Virus record (IMG/VR): IMGVR_UViG_3300045999_008055
Source: a virus
Direction: 5' to 3' (one strand)
DNA: 64,000 nt
Shown: positions 1 through 8,903 of the stretch, piece by piece
How positions within the stretch are numbered: position 1 is the stretch's first letter
Layout of the letters: each line of letters starts with the position of its first letter
Notes under the pieces: model-generated
Told to the model about the DNA's origin: nothing
The model's input: the letters and a program-made list of their open reading frames with translations, nothing else
The model's database searches: none
Position numbers and translations under genes: made by a program

Positions 1-87
1 TTCATTTTTTATTTTATATAAATTTCCATATTTGGGATAAAGTTGTTCGCTTTTATCTAAAAAATTTAATATCTTTTTAAAAATCAT
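1..87 (-). CDS. Hypothetical protein, partial (runs off the window edge)
   Basis: ATG at 87 overlaps the stop of the upstream ORF; the frame is open to position 1 (MIFKKILNFLDKSEQLYPKYGNLYKIKNE...). Confidence 0.45.
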   Translation of the reverse strand, partial: MIFKKILNFLDKSEQLYPKYGNLYKIKNE

Positions 88-287
88 AGGATGCCAAAAA
101 CCTTAAGTAATACCAAAGAAGATACTGTCGCACCAATTAGACTACTGCAAGTTCTAATTATTTCTAGTTTATGATTATGATGATCTACCCAAATTTCAAA
201 AGGATCTCTTAGTTTGCCTTTGGCCAAAAGTTTTTTTCTTTGTTTTTTACTAAGTTTTAGATTTGATATATCTTTTAATGTTATCAT
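84..287 (-). CDS. Small basic protein with a C-terminal hydrophobic helix
   Basis: 67-aa ORF with ATGA overlaps at both ends; C-terminal SSLIGATVSSLVLLKVFGIL. Confidence 0.65.
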   Translation of the reverse strand: MITLKDISNLKLSKKQRKKLLAKGKLRDPFEIWVDHHNHKLEIIRTCSSLIGATVSSLVLLKVFGIL

Positions 288-463
288 TTTCTTCTTTTTC
301 TATTTTTGACAGGTTTCCATATTTTATGTTCAACATCTAAATTAACGCTTAAATTCATTACCTTTTGATATATGCTATAACCAAGTCCATTAAACCATTG
401 CATTGTTGTTCTGCTAATAATATCTCCAATAAAGTATAATAAATAAGATAAAATAAACTTCAT
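284..463 (-). CDS. Small hypothetical protein (59 aa)
   Basis: Manual translation MKFILSYLLYFIGDII...KNRKRRK; its stop overlaps the next ATG. Confidence 0.6.
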   Translation of the reverse strand: MKFILSYLLYFIGDIISRTTMQWFNGLGYSIYQKVMNLSVNLDVEHKIWKPVKNRKRRK

Positions 464-467
464 TATT

Positions 468-635
468 TTATTTCCATTTTATTTTCTCATAGTTTTCTTG
501 GTATTTTTTTAAAGAAATACTCTTTGGAGGACTTTCTTTTAAATATGTACCAGGAATTTTAGTTGATAATGTCACATCTATAAGATCAGGATTTTCCTTA
601 TTTCGTTTTTCTATTTGTTTAGTTTTATATTTCAT
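468..635 (-). CDS. Small hypothetical protein (55 aa)
   Basis: Manual translation MKYKTKQIEKRNKENPDL...YQENYEKIKWK; tightly packed with its neighbours. Confidence 0.55.
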   Translation of the reverse strand: MKYKTKQIEKRNKENPDLIDVTLSTKIPGTYLKESPPKSISLKKYQENYEKIKWK

Positions 636-784
636 TTTATCTTAATATATAAGTTTTTATTTTTTAATTTTTCATTTATATATTTTTGAGCATTAGATTT
701 GCCTTCTTTTGTAAAAGGAAAGACTCCATATAGAAAATTATCATTTTTAGAATATATTCCGTAAAATTTTTTTTTATTCTTCAT
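632..784 (-). CDS. Small hypothetical protein (50 aa)
   Basis: Manual translation MKNKKKFYGIYSKNDNFLYGVFPFTKEGK...; ATGA overlap with the next ORF. Confidence 0.6.
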   Translation of the reverse strand: MKNKKKFYGIYSKNDNFLYGVFPFTKEGKSNAQKYINEKLKNKNLYIKIK

Positions 785-932
785 TTTCTGTTATTAGATC
801 TTTTAAAAGTTTTAAATGATGAGTATTCCAATCTAAACCCGTTTCTTCCTTCTCTTTATTTAATTGATCTTTCAAATAATTATATTCAATTATTTGATTT
901 AGTAGGGTAATGACAGTTTTATAATTCTTCAT
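774..932 (-). CDS. Small hypothetical protein (52 aa)
   Basis: Manual translation MKNYKTVITLLNQIIEYN...DWNTHHLKLLKDLITENEE; first gene of a packed minus-strand string. Confidence 0.6.
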   Translation of the reverse strand: MKNYKTVITLLNQIIEYNYLKDQLNKEKEETGLDWNTHHLKLLKDLITENEE

Positions 933-958
933 CTATAATATATTATATAATATCTAGT

Positions 959-964
959 GTGTAA
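959..964 (+). promoter_or_regulatory. GTGTAA element (putative phage late promoter), one of about 14 copies
   Basis: GTGTAA/GTGTAT lies mostly 14-20 nt before start codons at 959, 12249, 12490, 14975, 15749, 17154, 23162, 24570, 25542, 26652 and 49708 (+), and at 15686 and 26111 (-). A copy at 13971 precedes the tmRNA. Confidence 0.6.
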
Positions 965-978
965 TATATAATATATTT

Positions 979-1593
979 ATGGCTAATTATTTTGCTGCAG
1001 GATGTACATATACATTTAATATATTTTATACAAGAGCACCTTCAATAAATTGGAAGCCTGCATATAAACAATTTTTTAGCGATCCAGCTAGAACTTGCAG
1101 TAATATTTTTACATGTAGGGATTATTATGGAACAATTACAAATAGCGAACTTTGTACTATTGGGGCTACTAATAATCTTAATCCATCTACTCCAACATTT
1201 CGAACCTTTAATACAACAAACCGAACCCTTTCAAATGGATTTATAGTAAATGCTGGATTTTATATTATGGTTAGCTTTAGTAGAGCAAATCTTCTATCTT
1301 CATCTGCCATTGTAAATGGTGCATTTAGATATACTGGGGCTAGGATAAGAAATGAGGTTACTGGAACAGATTTAATTTTAAGTGCATCGATAATATCTCC
1401 TGTAGAAATAGGTGGATATCCACAAAGGGGATTTAATTTAGGAACTGGTCCTAGCGCTTCATATAATGAGTATGGAGACTTATGTTATATATATGATGTA
1501 ATTTTATCTAATTCTTATATAACAAATGGAAATGGATTTTTTCCAAGTAATTTAAGAGAAATTTTAACTTACGGTTGTCAGCCATGTCTTTAA
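979..1593 (+). CDS. Hypothetical protein, probably virion-associated (N/T/G/S/Y-rich)
   Basis: 204-aa ORF with beta-rich, low-charge composition; preceded by a GTGTAA element. Confidence 0.6.
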   Translation: MANYFAAGCTYTFNIFYTRAPSINWKPAYKQFFSDPARTCSNIFTCRDYYGTITNSELCTIGATNNLNPSTPTFRTFNTTNRTLSNGFIVNAGFYIMVSFSRANLLSSSAIVNGAFRYTGARIRNEVTGTDLILSASIISPVEIGGYPQRGFNLGTGPSASYNEYGDLCYIYDVILSNSYITNGNGFFPSNLREILTYGCQPCL

Positions 1594-1630
1594 TTTTAGA
1601 AATAAGGTTTATATAAAAGTATTATCCAAT

Positions 1631-2077
1631 ATGAGATCTATAGTACGCAAATATTACGAACTTCTTTGTTACGATGATATAATCTACAATAAATTAAAAA
1701 ATAAATATCCAGAACTAAAAGATCATCTTGATGATATAAGAAAAAATATTATTTCTGAAAAAAAAGAAAATATTATAAATTATTTAGAAATCAAAATAAA
1801 TTTAGAGAAAGATAATGAATATATAGAAAATATGTTTCTAGACGAAAGACTAACCGAAACCAGAAAACGTATAGATCATAATTGGGAAATCGCCGACAAA
1901 GAAGAAATAAAGAATGAAACAATGTCTTTTGAGATACTAGATTCCAATAAAGTTTATAAGATAAAAAAAGGAGATAAATATTGGTCTGAGTTTAAGCAAA
2001 ATATTGCGTCAAAAATATTTTTTCAAAATTTTTCAATTTTAGAAAAGAAAAATCATTTAGAAGTTTATTTTATTTAA
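1631..2077 (+). CDS. Hypothetical protein
   Basis: 148-aa ORF; no recognised motif. Confidence 0.6.
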   Translation: MRSIVRKYYELLCYDDIIYNKLKNKYPELKDHLDDIRKNIISEKKENIINYLEIKINLEKDNEYIENMFLDERLTETRKRIDHNWEIADKEEIKNETMSFEILDSNKVYKIKKGDKYWSEFKQNIASKIFFQNFSILEKKNHLEVYFI

Positions 2078-3066
2078 ATTAAATTTTTGTTTCCAGAGAA
2101 AGTTATCTCAATAAATTCATCTAAAGTATGATTTAATTGAGACTTAATGAAGGATTGCATAGCCTGTAAAGTATTGAATTTATAAAGATTATTATTTTGA
2201 AATATCTTATAGATATGTATCTTTTCAAGAATATCACATTTATTTATAATAAGTTTATTAACTCCAGAAATCTTAATTGAGTCAATTAGTTTATTTAGAT
2301 TCAACCAATTAACAATTCTTTTTCTTCCAGTTGTAGAACCATACTCTTGACCAGCTTCTATAAGCATATTTAATTCTGGATCTTCCCAAAGACTTTCTGG
2401 AAATAATGGGTCTACTCCACTCTTGGTGTCGTAAATCTTTGCAACTCCAATGATATCTCTAATTTTTTTAGGAGAAAAACCTAAAGAACAAGCTGAATAA
2501 GGTAAAGTTTCGCTACTTGTAACATATGGATAATCTCCATAATTTATATCAAGCCAAAAACTCTGTGCGCCTTCGCAGAGGATATTGCCATAAAGTTCAC
2601 TATCCCAAAGATATTTTTTGTCAATATAATCTCTAGCTAGTTTACCTACTCTCAACATTTTATCTCCATATGCAGGAGCAATGCCTTGACCAGTTGTTCC
2701 AAGTTTAGGTTTTAAAAATTGAAGATCATATTTAATATGTCTTTCAGTAATTATATGAGCTTTTGGACTAATTTTAATTAAAGATGTATCAAATCCTTCT
2801 TTCTGCAAATATTCTATTTCATCAAAAAATTTATCAACATTGACAACGCAGTTTGGGCCAATGACGCTAAGTTTATTTTGGAAAATTCCGCAAGGAATAA
2901 TATGGGTTTTATATTTTTTATCATTAAGGTAAACTGTATGACCAGCATTTGGACCACCATTCCAGCGACAGACTATGTCGTAATTTTTAGCTATAGCATT
3001 ACTGATCTTACCTTTGCCTTCATCTCCCCAAGCTAAACCAAATATTATATCAACTGCTTTTATCAT
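2074..3066 (-). CDS. purA: Adenylosuccinate synthetase (short form)
   Basis: WGDEGKGK P-loop, GGPNAGHT, GTTGQGIAPAY, EGAQ, YPYVTSS and EYGSTTGRKR motifs. Confidence 0.95.
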   Translation of the reverse strand: MIKAVDIIFGLAWGDEGKGKISNAIAKNYDIVCRWNGGPNAGHTVYLNDKKYKTHIIPCGIFQNKLSVIGPNCVVNVDKFFDEIEYLQKEGFDTSLIKISPKAHIITERHIKYDLQFLKPKLGTTGQGIAPAYGDKMLRVGKLARDYIDKKYLWDSELYGNILCEGAQSFWLDINYGDYPYVTSSETLPYSACSLGFSPKKIRDIIGVAKIYDTKSGVDPLFPESLWEDPELNMLIEAGQEYGSTTGRKRIVNWLNLNKLIDSIKISGVNKLIINKCDILEKIHIYKIFQNNNLYKFNTLQAMQSFIKSQLNHTLDEFIEITFSGNKNLI

Positions 3067-3289
3067 CTGGTTTTTGTCTTAATTCATTAATATAATTTTC
3101 TAAATTCTCTTTTGCTTTTGTGCAGAAATCTTGTCCAGAAGCGCCACAGCAATTTTTAAATTTTTTATTTGTCAATGGACACAATGCATTTCTGGAAATC
3201 TTTGGCAAAACTCTAACCACTGGAGAGAATGGGGTAGCTCTTGCGTATGGATTATTATTTAATGTTATTTTTTCTATTTGATCACTCAT
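3050..3289 (-). CDS. Small SEC-C-motif protein (variant)
   Basis: ISRNALCPLTNKKFKNCCG resembles the SEC-C consensus GRNxxCPCGSGKKxKxCC. Confidence 0.65.
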   Translation of the reverse strand: MSDQIEKITLNNNPYARATPFSPVVRVLPKISRNALCPLTNKKFKNCCGASGQDFCTKAKENLENYINELRQKPDDKSS

Positions 3290-3683
3290 TATTTTTTAAT
3301 GTTGGTTTAAGTGCATTATAATTTGCATTGTATCTATTTACATCTCCTATTTTATTAGCATCCATAAGCATGAAGGCTTTTTGATTTAATCTAAAATTTT
3401 CAGATTGTTTTGCGGAAATTACTCCCTGTATTCTTGATCTTGATATTGATTCATCTTTTCTTAAGACTGAGTAATTGCTTTTTTCTGAGTTTAGCATTTT
3501 AATCATCTTTCTATTAGATTCTATTTGAGATTTTGCGATATGATATTCTGCGCCTCTGGTAACATTATCATATTTCTGATATGTCGTTTGACCATGAGAG
3601 CAACTAATCAATATATATATAAATATAATTGATAGTAGAATCTGCTTAATATAATTTTTATTTTCCATGAGCAAATCCCTCAT
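3282..3683 (-). CDS. Putative lipoprotein or secreted protein (start may be 3668)
   Basis: Hydrophobic ILLSIIFIYIL followed by a lipobox-like LISC. Confidence 0.55.
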   Translation of the reverse strand: MRDLLMENKNYIKQILLSIIFIYILISCSHGQTTYQKYDNVTRGAEYHIAKSQIESNRKMIKMLNSEKSNYSVLRKDESISRSRIQGVISAKQSENFRLNQKAFMLMDANKIGDVNRYNANYNALKPTLKNNE

Positions 3684-4758
3684 ATAAAGAATTACTTGTT
3701 ACTTTAATTGCTTTTATCTTGTCTGTCCATAAGCCGCCTCTCATATCTTCCATTGATCTAAACCCAAGATAACTCATAGCACTTCTTAAACCATTAGCAA
3801 AATCATAAACTACATCTTCGATAGTTTTATCTTCAATAAGAGGTATCAAAGTATTATCTCCTTCTACGAATAAATTTCTCTTCGTTCCATCGGATAGTTC
3901 ATATTCTTCAACAACATCCTTACTAGCCATTCCTCTATATCTTGCATATCTTTTACCATTATTTTCTACAATGTTTTCTTCATCAACTACGTCAGCTAAC
4001 CCAGCGAATATCCTGCCGCAAATTACTGCGTCTGCACCGCTCGCAATAGCCTTTACTAAATCTTTTGGATATCTAATACCGCCATCTGCTAGTATACTAG
4101 GACGATTCTCTTCTTTAGGATTTTCATGTCTAAAATAATCTAGATTTGCTAATTGAAAATTTCTAACAGCTTTCCAAGCATAATATAAACCTGTAACGCT
4201 TGGGCATCCTATACCTGTTTTCATTTGAGTTAAGCACATACTTCCAGGACCAATCAGATGTCTAAATCCATCTGCCTTAAGATTAGCAAGTCTATATACA
4301 CTTTGCTTTGTAAGCGTATTTCCTACGATAATATCCTGTTTATAATTTGACTGCTTGTAATCAATAAGAAAATTCTCGACTTGTATAGATAAACCATTTG
4401 CAGTATCTAGAAAAAATATGTCAGTATATGGAGACAATTCTTTTATTCTGTCTTTGGAATCTTTAAGGCCAATGGCATTTATAGAAAAATTACTTTCATC
4501 TTTAATTTTTTTACTTTTTGCTACCTGTTCTTCTATTGACATAAATCTATGCAAAACTCCAGCTGCGCCAATTTTATTTATCTTAATACAGGATTTAACA
4601 GAAGAAACTGTATCCATTGGAGAAAGTATAATTGGAATCTCTACATATTTATTCTTAGAGATCTTAGTTCTAGTAGAAATCTCTTTTCTAGAGACAATAT
4701 CAGAAAAATTTGGTAGTAAAGTTATGTCATCATAACTTAAACTTTCTTTGAATTCCAT
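3658..4758 (-). CDS. IMP dehydrogenase / GMP reductase family enzyme, no CBS domain; probably GMP reductase
   Basis: SPMDTV, catalytic loop IGPGSMCLT, ADGGIRYPKD and YRGMAS; the flap lacks the IMPDH Arg-Tyr dyad. Confidence 0.9.
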   Translation of the reverse strand: MEFKESLSYDDITLLPNFSDIVSRKEISTRTKISKNKYVEIPIILSPMDTVSSVKSCIKINKIGAAGVLHRFMSIEEQVAKSKKIKDESNFSINAIGLKDSKDRIKELSPYTDIFFLDTANGLSIQVENFLIDYKQSNYKQDIIVGNTLTKQSVYRLANLKADGFRHLIGPGSMCLTQMKTGIGCPSVTGLYYAWKAVRNFQLANLDYFRHENPKEENRPSILADGGIRYPKDLVKAIASGADAVICGRIFAGLADVVDEENIVENNGKRYARYRGMASKDVVEEYELSDGTKRNLFVEGDNTLIPLIEDKTIEDVVYDFANGLRSAMSYLGFRSMEDMRGGLWTDKIKAIKVTSNSLYEGFAHGK

Positions 4759-4764
4759 ATTTAA

Positions 4765-4793
4765 AATATACTACAAATTATTATCTATGTCAA
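4765..4793 (-). promoter_or_regulatory. Sigma70-like promoter of the IMPDH/GMPR-purA operon
   Basis: TTGACA-17 nt-TATATT; the -10 box ends 6 nt before ATG 4758. Confidence 0.65.
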
Positions 4794-5087
4794 TCAAACT
4801 TCTAAAAAAATATTTCCGTCTAATGATCTAAAATAGATTTTATTTACATTTAATATAACTTTAAGTCTTTCAAAATCTTCTTTTGGTTGATTCATTATCT
4901 TTGCTACAAAATAATTTTGAGCGTTGACTTCCCTGTTTTTCTTCGAACAATTACATCCACCAATGGTACTGTTGTACATTGTGACTACATCTCTCCAAAT
5001 ATCTAAGTCCTTATTCTTGTTATTATTTAAAAGTTCGGCGAATGAACTTAACTCTAAATTTATACTATTCATTATATCTTTTTCCAA
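4794..5087 (-). CDS. Hypothetical protein (GGCNC motif)
   Basis: 97-aa ORF in a packed operon. Confidence 0.6.
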   Translation of the reverse strand: MEKDIMNSINLELSSFAELLNNNKNKDLDIWRDVVTMYNSTIGGCNCSKKNREVNAQNYFVAKIMNQPKEDFERLKVILNVNKIYFRSLDGNIFLEV

Positions 5088-5418
5088 AATAAATTAATAC
5101 ATAATATATTACAATAGAAAGCACATAATTTACAAAAAAGAAATATTTATTAATTAGCAAGCAGACAGTAGTTAAATTAATCCAAAATAGTGAACAATAT
5201 ATACAAGACACCAATCTTGTTAAAAAATTATTATAATATACTTGAAGATATACTGGGTATGTTAAATTGCCACCTTTAAACTGATAATCCTTAAATTCTT
5301 TAATCTTTAATAGATTTCTTACCTTTGGTATATACTTAAAATACTCTATAAATGCTTCTGTATTAAACCAGATAAATAACCAAAATACATTATAAAAACT
5401 AAAAATAATATCTATCAT
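5065..5418 (-). CDS. Membrane protein with a CxxC motif (DUF1360-like)
   Basis: Several hydrophobic segments; LVSCIYCSLFW. Confidence 0.55.
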   Translation of the reverse strand: MIDIIFSFYNVFWLFIWFNTEAFIEYFKYIPKVRNLLKIKEFKDYQFKGGNLTYPVYLQVYYNNFLTRLVSCIYCSLFWINLTTVCLLINKYFFFVNYVLSIVIYYVLIYFGKRYNE

Positions 5419-5831
5419 TTGACAGTATATTTTATCAAATTTATATTATAAAAATCAAATATTTCTTTAGCTAATTCATCTTTAGCGTACTCTTCAACAT
5501 AAATAACTTCTTTTATTCCATGAGAAGCTATATTTATTGCACAACTTGAGCAAGGAAGTAGGGTGGAAGCTAATATGTAAGGACTTTCATATCTTGTAAT
5601 ACAGGATAAGGCATTTGTTTCTGCGTGAATTACGTATTTTCTTCTTTCATCTCTATCTTCCCAAAAATTATCATTTACCTTATGCTTTGGAGATAGTCCG
5701 TTGTATCCTATGCTTAGAACTCTACCTTCGCTATTCAATATGCAACATCCAACTTTCTTATGAGGATCTTCTGATCTCAAAGAAGCATCTAACGCAAATC
5801 TTATCGCCATTTCATTAAAAGAAATTCTCAT
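5415..5831 (-). CDS. dCMP deaminase
   Basis: RSEDPHKKVGC, GYNG, HAETNA and PCSSC zinc motifs. Confidence 0.93.
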   Translation of the reverse strand: MRISFNEMAIRFALDASLRSEDPHKKVGCCILNSEGRVLSIGYNGLSPKHKVNDNFWEDRDERRKYVIHAETNALSCITRYESPYILASTLLPCSSCAINIASHGIKEVIYVEEYAKDELAKEIFDFYNINLIKYTVK

Positions 5832-5837
5832 AGCTAT

Positions 5838-5866
5838 ATGATATATATATTTTAAAAAAAAGTCAA
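5838..5866 (-). promoter_or_regulatory. Sigma70-like promoter of dCMP deaminase
   Basis: TTGACT-17 nt-TATCAT; the -10 box ends 6 nt before ATG 5831. Confidence 0.65.
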
Positions 5867-5910
5867 ATTGATACTTTACTTTTAATTAAACTTGTAATAT
5901 AATACCTTTT

Positions 5911-6492
5911 ATGATTGGCATAACTGGTGTCGCAAGATCTGGAAAAGATACTTTCTATTCTATATTAAATAAATATCTAAAAGAGAAAAATCTAGAATCA
6001 CAGAGAATAGCTTTAGCAGATGAGTTAAAGAAAGAGCTTGGTGATTTTGTAGAAAAGAAATTTAAAATAGATTTAAATAAATGTGATGGTTCTGATAAAG
6101 AATTAATTAGACCTCTTATGGTCGCTTATGGAAAATGTAGAAGAGTACAGACTCAAGGAAAATATTGGACATCTATTGTAGATCAAAAAGTTAAAGAACT
6201 AAAGAAGGACAATATTGTTCCGATAATAACTGATATTAGATATATAGAATACAAAGAAGATGAGTATGCGTGGTTGAAATCGTATAATGGTATTTTAATT
6301 CATTTATCTAGAAAATTAGACGATGGATCTTTTGTTCCTCCCGCTAATATGGAAGAAAAATCAAATGACAATAAATTGAAAGCAGTAGCAGATTTCTCAA
6401 TATGCTGGGAAACTTGTCAAGATACAAATTTTCTATATGAGTTAATGCAAAAGAATTTAAGGAATATATATGACAGACTTACAATTAATTAA
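5911..6492 (+). CDS. Phage deoxynucleoside monophosphate kinase (P-loop)
   Basis: IGITGVARSGKDT, ALADELK and ITDIRY motifs. Confidence 0.8.
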   Translation: MIGITGVARSGKDTFYSILNKYLKEKNLESQRIALADELKKELGDFVEKKFKIDLNKCDGSDKELIRPLMVAYGKCRRVQTQGKYWTSIVDQKVKELKKDNIVPIITDIRYIEYKEDEYAWLKSYNGILIHLSRKLDDGSFVPPANMEEKSNDNKLKAVADFSICWETCQDTNFLYELMQKNLRNIYDRLTIN

Positions 6493-7060
6493 TAACATTA
6501 AAAAACATGATTGCGAAAAAAGTTTATTAGAACTCGCTGAAAAACATACTGGAATCTGTAATAAAATGATACAGAAATATTGCAGAGTGTGTTCTGATAT
6601 AGGAGTTTCTATAGATAATTTAAATACAGATAAATTATTGGTAGTATATAGATCTGCTAAAAATTTTAATCCAGATAAGAAAATAAAGTTTTCTACATGG
6701 CTTGGTAATCAAATGAGATATCATTGCTTAAATACTTTAAATAAAACAAGTAAAGATGTATCTATGGAGAATGAAAGCATAAAATTTATTGCTGAAAAAA
6801 ATCAAAGTCTTTTTCTTGATAAAGAAAATTCTACGCAAGATAAGATTGATTTTATTAATGATATATTGAATCAAATGGGTGATTCTAGAATTAAAAAGAT
6901 CTTTAACCTAAGATATTTTTCCGATTCTAAGATTAATTCTTGGTATAAAATAGGCAAGAAAATGAAGATAAGCACTCAGACAGCTATAAATATACATAAT
7001 AAAGCGATTAGTTTTTTGAATAAAAAGATGTCTAGTAATTTTTTATTTGACAAAATATAA
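6470..7060 (+). CDS. Phage-encoded sigma70-family RNA polymerase sigma factor
   Basis: Region 2-like SAKNFNPDKKIKFSTWL and a region 4 HTH (IFNLRYF...KIGKKMKISTQTAINIHNKAI). Confidence 0.8.
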   Translation: MTDLQLINNIKKHDCEKSLLELAEKHTGICNKMIQKYCRVCSDIGVSIDNLNTDKLLVVYRSAKNFNPDKKIKFSTWLGNQMRYHCLNTLNKTSKDVSMENESIKFIAEKNQSLFLDKENSTQDKIDFINDILNQMGDSRIKKIFNLRYFSDSKINSWYKIGKKMKISTQTAINIHNKAISFLNKKMSSNFLFDKI

Positions 7061-7075
7061 TATATATTATATAAT
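7047..7075 (+). promoter_or_regulatory. Consensus sigma70 promoter
   Basis: Perfect TTGACA-17 nt-TATAAT, ending 8 nt before ATG 7084. Confidence 0.85.
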
Positions 7076-7083
7076 TTTAAAAT

Positions 7084-7374
7084 ATGAATACAAAATCTAA
7101 CAATAATAATAACAAAAATCAAAATGAGCTGGGCGCTCTTTGGAAAAAGAAAAGTAAAACTGGTCTGTCATTTCTATCTGGTTACATTAATGATCATGAT
7201 GGTCAAAGAATTGATGTAGTAGTTTTTGCTAATAGCAATAAGAAGAATGAGAAAGCTCCAGATTATAGACTATATGTTTCCAAGCCTTTAGAAAATAAGG
7301 ATACACCAAAGGTTGAACCCAAAAAGGTAGTAAAGAAAACTGAGGTAGTTGATTCAGAAGAAGAATTATTCTAA
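7084..7374 (+). CDS. DUF736-like putative ssDNA-binding protein with an acidic tail
   Basis: ELGALWKKKSKTG..FLSG and KKNEKAPDYRLY motifs; C-terminal DSEEELF. Confidence 0.65.
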   Translation: MNTKSNNNNNKNQNELGALWKKKSKTGLSFLSGYINDHDGQRIDVVVFANSNKKNEKAPDYRLYVSKPLENKDTPKVEPKKVVKKTEVVDSEEELF

Positions 7375-7395
7375 TTCTCAATCTATTTAATATAG

Positions 7396-8484
7396 ATGAG
7401 TTTTATTTTAAATGTTCCAGTAAATAGTGTTAGTTTTGGTCAAGTATCAACTCTAATCGTAAGAGAACTATTTAAATTAAATAAAGAATTCATTCTTTAC
7501 CCTATCGGGAATAACGCTGATTTATCATCTCAGGATATAGATGAAAATTTCTATAATTACATAAAAAATTCTTCTGATAATTACCTATCAAGATCTAAGA
7601 GAGAATTTCCAGCGTTTAAACTTTGGCATTTAAATGGTTCTATAGAATCTATTTCTAACAAAAGATTCTTATTATCATTCTACGAACTAGATAATCCAAC
7701 AAAAGAAGAAATTAATATAGTAAAAAATCAAGATAAGGTTTATTTCTCATCTAACTATACAGTTGATCTATTTAAAAGTTTTGGCTGTAATAATGTTGAA
7801 TATCTGCCTCTAGCTTTTGATAAATACAATTTTAATACATTAAATAAGAAATATTTTAATGATGATAGAGTTGTATTTAATCTAGTTGGTAAACTAGAGA
7901 AAAGAAAGCATCACAAGAAAGTAATACAATCTTGGATTAAAAAGTACGGAAATAAGCATGGATATCATTTACAATGTGCTATCTATAATCCTTTCCTTAA
8001 AGAAGAAGATAATAAAGCTTTGCTAAATTCTATACTAGAAGGTAAAAATTATTTTAATATTTCATTTTTGGGTCAAATGCAGAAAAATTCATTGTACAAT
8101 GATTTCTTGAATAGCGGAGATATTATAATTGGTATGAGTGGCGGAGAAGGATGGGGTTTACCAGAGTTTCAATCGGTCTCAATAGGAAAACACGCTATTA
8201 TTCTGAATGCTCATGCATATAAAGAGTGGGCTAATGAAGAAAATTCTGTTCTAGTTGAACCAAATGGCAAGATAGAAGCTTATGATGGAATGTTTTTCCA
8301 AAAAGGTTCTCAATATAATCAAGGAAATATTTTCGATTTTAATCAAGACGATTTCTTAAGCGCATGTGATAAAGCTGTAGATAGAGTAAAATTAAATAGA
8401 TCAAATGCTAAAGGTCTAGAATTACAAGCTAAGTTTAGCTCAGAAAAATTGGCGCAAAACGTACTAAACATAATCAATAAATAA
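7396..8484 (+). CDS. GT-B fold glycosyltransferase (GT4-like)
   Basis: VGKLEKRK and SGGEGWGLPEFQS (EGxGLP) motifs. Confidence 0.8.
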   Translation: MSFILNVPVNSVSFGQVSTLIVRELFKLNKEFILYPIGNNADLSSQDIDENFYNYIKNSSDNYLSRSKREFPAFKLWHLNGSIESISNKRFLLSFYELDNPTKEEINIVKNQDKVYFSSNYTVDLFKSFGCNNVEYLPLAFDKYNFNTLNKKYFNDDRVVFNLVGKLEKRKHHKKVIQSWIKKYGNKHGYHLQCAIYNPFLKEEDNKALLNSILEGKNYFNISFLGQMQKNSLYNDFLNSGDIIIGMSGGEGWGLPEFQSVSIGKHAIILNAHAYKEWANEENSVLVEPNGKIEAYDGMFFQKGSQYNQGNIFDFNQDDFLSACDKAVDRVKLNRSNAKGLELQAKFSSEKLAQNVLNIINK

Positions 8485-8485
8485 T

Positions 8486-8836
8486 ATGCCAATATATCTC
8501 TATCAACATCCAAAGACAAAACAAATAAAAGAGATCATACAAAGTGTTCATGATAAACATGAATATATTGAAAATGGAGTTAAATGGGATAGAATTTTTA
8601 CTGCTCCAGAATTAAATACTCATGATAAACTTGGCGCAGAATCATCTTCGCAAAAGTTTGCAGAATTAACTGGTAAACAAAAAGGTACAATGGGAGATCT
8701 TTGGGATCGTAGCAAAGAACTTTCTGAGAAAAGAAAGAAGCTCTATGGTGGAGAAGATCCTGTAAAAAAGAATTATTATAAAGACTGGTCTAAGAAACGA
8801 AAAGGAAAAGTACACCCAAAAAGTCAATCCGAGTAA
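8486..8836 (+). CDS. FmdB-like phage protein with a degenerate zinc ribbon
   Basis: N-terminal MPIYLYQHPKT resembles MPxYeYxC but lacks the Cys. Confidence 0.55.
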   Translation: MPIYLYQHPKTKQIKEIIQSVHDKHEYIENGVKWDRIFTAPELNTHDKLGAESSSQKFAELTGKQKGTMGDLWDRSKELSEKRKKLYGGEDPVKKNYYKDWSKKRKGKVHPKSQSE

Positions 8837-8903
8837 ATTGTTAGTAAGTTTTTTGTTTTTTCTTTTCTTAACCTTAAAATCAATGTAATATAAGATTCAC
8901 AGC

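Noticed and set aside
2074-3066. PurZ / 2-aminoadenine (Z-genome) system
   Set aside because: The P-loop is GDEGKG with the catalytic Asp of PurA; PurZ has Ser there. No datZ or mazZ is evident in the window.
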